NCBI GenBank assembly: GCA_964016885.1
Contig: OZ024744.1
Span: 27,776,001 to 27,840,000 of the forward strand
Length of the DNA: 64,000 nt
Direction: 5' to 3'
Source of the DNA: Eledone cirrhosa
Taxonomy: Eukaryota
Shown: one piece after another, positions 52,330 to 61,287 of the stretch
How the letters are laid out: each line of letters opens with the position of its first letter
Position numbering within the stretch: the first letter of the stretch is position 1
Notes under the pieces: model-generated
Told to the model about the DNA's origin: nothing
The model's database searches: none
The model's input: only the letters and a program-made list of their open reading frames with translations
Program-made: the position numbers and the translations under genes

Positions 52330-55300
52330 TTCATTGTTTTTTTGTTGTTCTCGCATTTATCACTGTTATTGTCAGTGTTGTTTTTGTTGTTCTCGCTGTT
52401 ATCACTGTTGTCGTCACTGTTGATGTTGTTGTCGCTGTTATAATTGTTATTGTGACTGTTGTTGTTGTTGTTGTTGTCGCTGTTATAACTGTTATTGTCA
52501 TTGTTGTTGTTGTCGCTGTTATCACTGTTATTGACACTGTTGTTGCTGTTGTTCTCGCTGTTATCACTGTTATTGTCACTGTTGATTTTGTTTCTCTCGC
52601 TGTTACCACTGTTATTGTCAATGTTCTTGTTGTTGTCGCTGTTATAACTGTTATTGTCACTGTTGTTGTTGTTGTTGTCGCTGTTATAACTCTTATTGTC
52701 ACTGTTGTTGTTGTTGTTGTCGTTGTTATCACTGTTATTGTCATTATTGTTATTGTCGCTGATATCACTGTTATTGTCAATGTTGTTGTTGTTGTCGCTG
52801 TTATCGCTTTTATTGTCACTGTTTTTGTTGTTGTCGCTTCTATAACTGTTATTTTCACTATTGCTGTTGTTGTCGCTGTTATCACTGTTATTGTCACTGT
52901 TGTTGTTCTCGCTGTTATAACTGTTATTCTCACTGTTGTTGTTGTTCTCGCTGTTATCACTGGTATTGACACTGTTGTTGTTTTTATTGTCGCTGTTATA
53001 ACTGTTATTGTCACTGTTGTTATTGTTGTTGTCGCTGTTATAACTGTTATTGTCACTGTTGTTGTTGTTCTCGCTGTTATCACTGTTATTGTCATTGTTG
53101 TTGTTGTCGCTGTTATCACTGTTATTGTCAGTGTTGTTGTTGTCGCTGTTATCACTGTTATTGTCACTGTTGTTGTTGTTCTCGCTGTTATCACTGTTAT
53201 TGTCACTGTTGCTGTTCTTCTCGCTGTTATAACTGTTATTGTCATTGTTGTTGTTGTTGGTGTTGTCGCTGTTATCACTGTTATTGTCACTGTTTGTTGG
53301 TGTCGCTGGTATAACTGTTATTGTCACTGTTGTTTTTGTTGTTGTCGCTGTTATCACTGTTGTTGTCAATGTTGTTGTTGTCGCTGTTATAACTGTTATT
53401 GTCATTGTTGTTGTTGTCACTGTTATCACTGTTATTGTCACTGTTGTTGTTCTCGCTGTTATCACTGTTATTGTCATTGTTGTTGTTGTCACTGTTGCTG
53501 TTGTTGTCGCTGTTATCTCTGTTATTGTCATTGTTGTTGTCGCTGTTATAACTGTTATTGTCACTGTTGTTGTTGTTGCTGTCGCTGTTATCACTGTTAT
53601 TGTCATTGTTGCTGTTGTACTCGCTGTTATCACTGTTATTGTTGTTGTTGTTGTGGCTGTTATCACTGTTATTGTCACTGTTGTTGTCGCTGTTATCACT
53701 GTTATTTTCATTGTTGTTGTTGTTGTTCTCTCTGTTATCACTGTTGTTGTCACTGTTATTGTCACTGTTGTTGTTGTTCTCGCTGTAATAACTGTTATTG
53801 TGACTGTTGTTGTTGTCGCTGTTATAACTGTTATTGTCATTGTTGTTGTTGTTGTCGCTGTTATCACTGTTATTAACACTGTTGTTGTTGTTCTCGCTGT
53901 TATCACTGTTAGTGTCACTGTTGTTGTTGTCGCTGTTATCACTGTTATTGTCACTGTTGTTGTTGCTGTTGTCGCTGTCATAACTCTTATTGTCACTGTT
54001 GTTGTTGTTGTTGTCGTTGTTATCACTGTTATTGTCATTATTGTTGTTCTCGCTGTTATCACTGGTATTGAAACTGTTGTTGTTGTTGTTGTCGCTGTTA
54101 TAACTGTTATTATCTCTGTTGATGTTGTTGTTGTCGCTGTTATAACTGTTATTGTCACTGTTGTTGTTGTCGCTGTTATAACTCTTATTGTCACTGTTGT
54201 TGTTGTTGTCGTCGTTGTTATCACTGTTATTGTCATTATTGTTGTTGTCGCTGTTATCACTGTTATTGTCCCTGTTGTTGTTGTCGCTGTTATAACTGTT
54301 ATTGTCACTATTGCTTTTGTTGTTGTCGCTCTTATCACTCTTATTGTCATTGTTGTTGTTGTTCTCGCAGCTATCCCTGTTATTGTCATTGTTGTTGTTG
54401 TTGTACTCGCTGTTATCACTGTTATTGTCATTGTTGTTGTTGTTGTCGCTGTTATCACTGTTATTGTCATTGTTGTTGTTGTTGTCGCTATTATCAATGT
54501 TATTGTCACTGTTGTTTTTGTTGTTGTCGCTGTTATCACTGTTATTTTCATTGTTTTTTTTGTTGTTCTCGCATTTATCACTGTTATTGTCAGTGTTGTT
54601 GTTGTTGTTCTCGCTGTTATCACTGTTGTCGTCACTGTTGTTGTTGTTGTCGCTGTTATAACTGTTATTGTGACTGTTGTTGTTGTTGTTGTTGTCGCTG
54701 TTATAACTGTTATTGTCATTGTTGTTGTTGTCGCTGTTATCACTGTTATTGACACTGTTGTTGCTGTTGTTCTCGCTGTTATCACTGTTATTGTCACTGT
54801 TGTTGTTGTTGCTCTCGCTGTTACCACTGTTATTGTCAATGTTGTTGTTGTTGTCGCTGTTATAACTGTTATTGTCACTGTTGTTGTTGTTGTTGTCGCT
54901 GTTATAACTCTTATTGTCATTATTGTTATTGTCGCTGATATCACTGTTATTGTCATTGTTGTTGTTGTTGTCGCTGTTATCGCTTTTATTGTCACTGTTT
55001 TTGTTGTTGTCGCTTCTATAACTGTTATTTTCACTATTGCTGTTGTTGTTGCTGTTATCACTGTTATTGTCACTGTTGTTGTTCTCGCTGTTATAACTGT
55101 TATTCTCACTGTTGTTGTTGTTCTCGCTGTTATCACTGGTATTGACACTGTTGTTGTTTTTATTGTCGCTGTTATAACTGTTATTGTCACTGTTGTTATT
55201 GTTGTTGTCGCTGTTATAACTGTTATTGTCACTGTTGTTGTTGTTGTTCTCGCTGTTATCACTGTTATTGTCATTGTTGTTCTTGTCGCTGTTATCACTG

Positions 55301-56830
55301 TTATTGTCATTGTTGTTGTTGTCGCTGTTATCACTGTTATTGTCACTGTTGTTGTTGTTCTCGCTGTTATCACTGTTATTGTCACTGTTGCTGTTCTTCT
55401 CGCTGTTATAACTGTTATTGTCATTGTTGTTGTTGTTGTTGTTGTCGCTGTTATCACTGTTATTGTCACTGTTTGTTGGTGTCGCTGGTATAACTGTTAT
55501 TGTCACTGTTGTTTTTGTTGTTGTCGCTGTTATCACTGTTATTGTCAATGTTGTTGTTGTCGTTGTTATAACTGTTATTGTCATTGTTGTTGTTGTCACT
55601 GTTATCACTGTTATTGTCACTGTTGTTGTTCTCGCTGTTATCACTGTTATTGTCATTGTTGTTGTTGTCGCTGTTATCACTGTTATTGTCACTGTTGCTG
55701 TTGCTGTCGCTGTTATCTCTGTTATTGTCATTGTTGTAGTCGCTGTTATAACTGTTATTGTCACTGTTGTCGTTGTTGCTGTCGCTGTTATCACTGTTAT
55801 TGTCATTGTTGCTGTTGTACTCGCTGTTATCACTGTTATTGTTGTTGTTGTTGTGGCTGTTATCACTGTTATTGTCACTGTTGTTGTCGCTGTTATCACT
55901 GTTATTTTCATTGTTGTTGTTGTTGTTCTCTCTGTTATCACTGTTGTTGTCACTGTTATTGTCACTGTTGTTGTTCTCGCTGTAATAACTGTTATTGTGA
56001 CTGTTGTTGTTGTCGCTGTTATAACTGTTATTGTCATTGTTGTTGTTGTTGTCGCTGTTATCACTGTTATTAACACTGTTGTTGTTGTTGTTCTCGCTGT
56101 TATCACTGTTAGTGTCACTGTTGTTGTTGTCGCTGTTATCACTGTTATTGTCACTGTTGTTGTTGCTGTTGTCGCTGTCATAACTCTTATTGTCACTGTT
56201 GTTGTTGTTGTTGTCGTTGTTATCACTGTTATTGTCATTATTGTTGTTCTCGCTGTTATCACTGGTATTGAAACTGTTGTTGTTGTTGTTGTTGTCGCTG
56301 TTATAACTGTTATTATCTCTGTTGATGTTGTTGTTGTCGCTGTTATAACTGTTATTGTCACTGTTGTTGTTGTCGCTGTTATAACTCTTATTGTCACTGT
56401 TGTTGTTGTTGTCGTCGTTGTTATCACTGTTATTGTCATTATTGTTGTTGTCGCTGTTATAACTGTTATTCTCACAGTTGTTGTTGTTGTTCTCGCTGTT
56501 ATCACTGTCATCGTGATCGTTGTTGTTGTTGTTCTGGCTGTTATCACTGTTATTGTCACTGCTGTTGTCGCTGTTATCACTGTTATTGTCCCTGTTGTTG
56601 TTGTCGCTGTTATAACTGTTATTGTCACTATTGCTTTTGTTGTTGTCGCTCTTATCACTCTTATTGTCATTGTTGTTGTTGTTCTCGCTGCTATCCCTGT
56701 TATTGTCATTGTTGTTGTTGTTGTACTCGCTGTTATCACTGTTATTGTCATTGTTGTTGTTGTTGTCGCTGTTATCACTGTTATTGTCACTGTTTTTGTT
56801 GTTGTCGCTATTATCACTGTTATTGTCACT
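52330..56830. repeat. Tandem duplication of ~2.2 kb
   Basis: GATATC 52761/54937, GTTTGTTGGTGTC 53292/55471, GAAACT 54070/56270. Boundaries approximate. Confidence 0.8.
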
Positions 56831-59106
56831 GTTGTTTTTTTGTTGTCACTGTTATCACTGTTATTTTCATTGTTTTTGTTGTTGTTCTCGCATTTATCAC
56901 TGTTATTGTCAGTGTTGTTGTTGTTGTTCTCGCTGTTATCACTGTCGTCGTCACTGTTGTCGTTGTTGTCGCTGTTATAACTGTTATTTTGACAGTTGTT
57001 GTTGTTGTTGTCGCTGTTATAACTGTTATTGTCATTGTTGTTGTTGTCGCTGTTATCACTGTTATTGAAACTGTTGTTGCTGTTGTTCTCGCTGTTATCA
57101 CTGTTATTGTCACTGTTGTTGTTGTTGTTCTCGCTGTTACCACTGTTATTGTCACTGTTGTTGTTGTTGTCGCTTCTATAACTGTTATTGTCACTATTGC
57201 TGTTGTTGTTGTCGCTGTTATCACTCTTATTTTCATTGTTGTTGTTGTCGCTGTTATCACTGTTATTGTCACTGTTGTTGTTCTCGCTGTTATAACTGTT
57301 ATTCTCACTGTTGTTGTTCTGGCTGTTATCACTGGTATTGACACTGTTGTTGTTTTTATTGTCGCTGTTAGAACTGTTATTGTCACTGTTGTTATTGTTG
57401 TTGTCGCTGTTATAACTGTTATTGTCACTGTTGTTGTTGTTGTTCTCGATGTTATCACTGTTATTGTCATTGTTGTTGTTGTCGCTGTTATCACTGTTAT
57501 TGTCATTGTTGTTGTTGTCGCTGTTATCACTGTTATTGTCACTGTTGTTGTTGTTCTCGCTGTTATCACTGTTATTGTCACTGTTGTTCTTCTCGCTGTT
57601 ATCACTGTTATTGTCATTGTTGTTGCTGTTGTGTTCGCTGTTATAACTGTTATTGTCATTGTTGTTGTTGTTGTCGCTGTTATCACTGTTATTGTCACTG
57701 TTGTTGTTGTCGCTGGTATAACTGTTATTGTCACTGTTTTTTTTTGTTGTTGTCGCTGTTTTCACTGTTATCGTCACTGTTGTTGTTGTCGCTGTTATAA
57801 CTGTTATTGTCACTGTTGTTGTTGTTGTCACTGTTATCACGGTTATTGTCACTGTTGTTGTTGTTCTCGCTGTTATCACTGTTATTGTCATTGTTGTTGT
57901 TGTCGCTGTTATCACTGTTATTGTCACTGTTGCTGTTGTTGTCGCTGTTATCTCTGTTATTGTCATTGTTGTTGTCGCTATTATAACTGTTATTGTCATT
58001 GTTGTTGTTGTTGTTGCTGTTATAACTGTTACTGTCACTGTTGTTGTCGTCGCTGTTATCACTGTTATTTTCATTGTTGTTGTTGTTGTTCTCTCTGTTA
58101 TCACTGTTATTGTCACTGTTATTGTCACTGTTGTTGTTGTTCTCGCTGTTATAACTGTTATTGTGTCTGTTGTTGTTGTCGCTGTTATAACTGTTATTGT
58201 CATTGTTGTTGTTGTTGTCGCTGTTATCACTGTTATTAACATTGTTGTTGTTGTTGTTCTCGCTGTTATCACTGTTATTGTCACTGTTGTTGTTGTTGTC
58301 GCTGTTATAACTGTTATTGTCACTGTTGTTGTCGCTGTTATCACTGTTATTGTCACTGTTGTTGTTGTCGCTGTTATCACTGTTATTGTCACTGTTGCTG
58401 TTGTTGTCGCTGTTATCACTGCTATTGTCATTGTTGTTGTTGTTGTCGCTGTTATCACTGTGATTGTCATTGTTGTTGTTGTTGTTGTTCTCGCTGTTAT
58501 CACCGTTATTGTCACCGTTGTTGTCGCTGTTATCACTGTTATTGTCACTGTCGTTATTGTTGTTGTTGCTGTTATCACTGTTATTGTCACTGTTGTTGTT
58601 GTTGTCGCTGTTATAACTGTTATTGTCACTGTTGTTGTTGTTGTTGATGTCGCTGTTATCACTGTTATTTTCATTGTTTCTGTTGTACTCGCTGTTATCA
58701 CTGTTATTGTTGTTGTTGTTGTAGCTGTTATCACTGTTATTGTCACTGTTGTTGTCGCTGTTATCACTGTTATTTTCATTGTTGTTCTCTCTGTTATCAC
58801 TGTTATTGTCACTGTTATTGTCACTGTTGTTGTTGTTCTCGCTGTTATAACTGTTATTGTCATTGTTGTTGTTGTTGTCGCTGTTATCACTGTTATTAAC
58901 ACTGTTGTTGTTGTTGTTCTCGCTGTTATCACTGTTATTGTCACTGTTGTTGTTGTCGCTGTTATGACTGTTATTGTCACTGTTGTTGTTGCTGTTGTCG
59001 CTGTCATAACTCTTATTGTCACTGTTGTTGTTGTTGTCGTTATTATCACTGTTATTGTCATTATTGTTGTTCTCGCTGTTATCACTGGTATTGACACTGT
59101 TGTTGT

Positions 59107-61287
59107 TGTTGTTGTCGCTGTTATAACTGTTATTGTCTCTGTTGATGTTGTTGTTGTCGCTGTTATAACTGTTATTGTCACTGTTGTTGTTGTCGCTGTT
59201 ATAACTCTTATTGTCACTGTTGTTGTTGTTGTCGTCGTTGTTATCACTGTTATTGTCATTATTGTTGTTGTCGCTGTTATCACTGTTATTGTCATTGTTG
59301 TTGTTGTTGTCGATGTTATCACTGTTATTGTCCCTGTTGTTGTTGTCGCTGTTATAACTGTTATTGTCACTATTGCTTTTGTTTTTGTCGCTCTTATCAC
59401 TCTTATTGTCATTGTTGTTGTTGTTCTCGCTGCTATCCCTGTTATTGTAATTGTTGTTGTTGTTGTACTCGCTGTTATCACTGTTATTGTCATTGTTGTT
59501 GTTGTTGTCACTGTTATCACTGTTATTGTCACTGTTTTTGTTGTTGTCGCTATTATCACTGTTATTGTCACTGTTGTTTTTGTTGTTGTCGCTGTTATCA
59601 CTGTTATTTTCATTGTTTTTGTCGTTGTTCTCGCATTTATCACTGTTATTGTCAGTGTTGTTGTTCTTGTTCTCGCTGTTATCACTAGCGTCGTCACTGT
59701 TGTTGTTGTTGTCGCTTCTATAACTGGTATTGTCACTATTGCTGTTGTTGTTGTCGCTGTTATCACTCTTATTGTCATCGTTGTTGTTGTCGCTGTTATC
59801 ACTGTTATTGTCACTGTTATTGTTCTCGCTATTATAACTGTTATTCTCACTGTTGTTGTTCTCGCTGTTATCAATGGTATTGACACTGTTGTTGTTTTTA
59901 TTGTCGCTGTTAGAACTGTTATTGTCACTGTTGTTATTGTTGTTGTCGCTGTTATAACTGTTATTGTCACTGTTGTTGTTGTTGTTCTCGCTGTTATCAC
60001 TGTTATTGTCATTGTTGTTGTTTACGCTGTTATCACTGTTATTGTCATTGTTGTTGTTGTCGCTGTTATCACTGTTATTGTCACTGTTGTTGATGTTCTC
60101 GCTGTTATCACTGTTATTGTCACTGTTGTTCTTCTTCTCGCTGTTATCACTGTTATTGTCATTGTTGTTGTTGTTGTGTTCGCTGTTATAACTGTTATTG
60201 TCATTGTTGTTATTGTTGTTGTTGTTGTCGCTGTTATCACTGTTATTGTCACTGTTGTTGTTGTCGCTGGTATAACTGTTATTGTCACTGTTGTTTTTGT
60301 TGTTGTCGCTGTTATCACTGTTATTGTCACTGTTGTTGTTGTCGCTGTTATAACTGTTATTGTCTCTGTTGATGTTGTTGTTGTCGCTGTTATAACTGTT
60401 ATTGTCACTGTTGTTGTTGTCGCTGTTATAACTCTTATTGTCACTGTTGTTGTTGTTGTCGTCGTTGTTATCACTGTTATTGTCATTATTGTTGTTGTCG
60501 CTGTTATCACTGTTATTGTCATTGTTGTTGTTGTTGTCGATGTTATCACTGTTATTGTCCCTGTTGTTGTTGTCGCTGTTATAACTGTTATTGTCACTAT
60601 TGCTTTTGTTTTTGTCGCTCTTATCACTCTTATTGTCATTGTTGTTGTTGTTCTCGCTGCTATCCCTGTTATTGTAATTGTTGTTGTTGTTGTACTCGCT
60701 GTTATCACTGTTATTGTCATTGTTGTTGTTGTTGTCACTGTTATCACTGTTATTGTCACTGTTTTTGTTGTTGTCGCTATTATCACTGTTATTGTCACTG
60801 TTGTTTTTGTTGTTGTCGCTGTTATCACTGTTATTTTCATTGTTTTTGTTGTTGTTCTCGCATTTATCACTGTTATTGTCAGTGTTGTTGTTCTTGTTCT
60901 CGCTGTTATCACTAGCGTCGTCACTGTTGTTGTTGTTGTCGCTTCTATAACTGGTATTGTCACTATTGCTGTTGTTGTTGTCGCTGTTATCACTCTTATT
61001 GTCATCGTTGTTGTTGTCGCTGTTATCACTGTTATTGTCACTGTTATTGTTCTCGCTATTATAACTGTTATTCTCACTGTTGTTGTTCTCGCTGTTATCA
61101 ATGGTATTGACACTGTTGTTGTTTTTATTGTCGCTGTTAGAACTGTTATTGTCACTGTTGTTATTGTTGTTGTCGCTGTTATAACTGTTATTGTCACTGT
61201 TGTTGTTGTTGTTCTCGCTGTTATCACTGTTATTGTCATTGTTGTTGTTTACGCTGTTATCACTGTTATTGTCATTGTTGTTGTTGT
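59107..61287. repeat. Recent near-identical duplication of ~950 bp at 1227-bp offset
   Basis: ACTAGCGTC (AGC at 59687/60914), TACGCT (60023/61250), GCTGCTATCCCT (59429/60656) and TCTGTTGAT (59138/60365) all sit at offset 1227. Confidence 0.9.
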
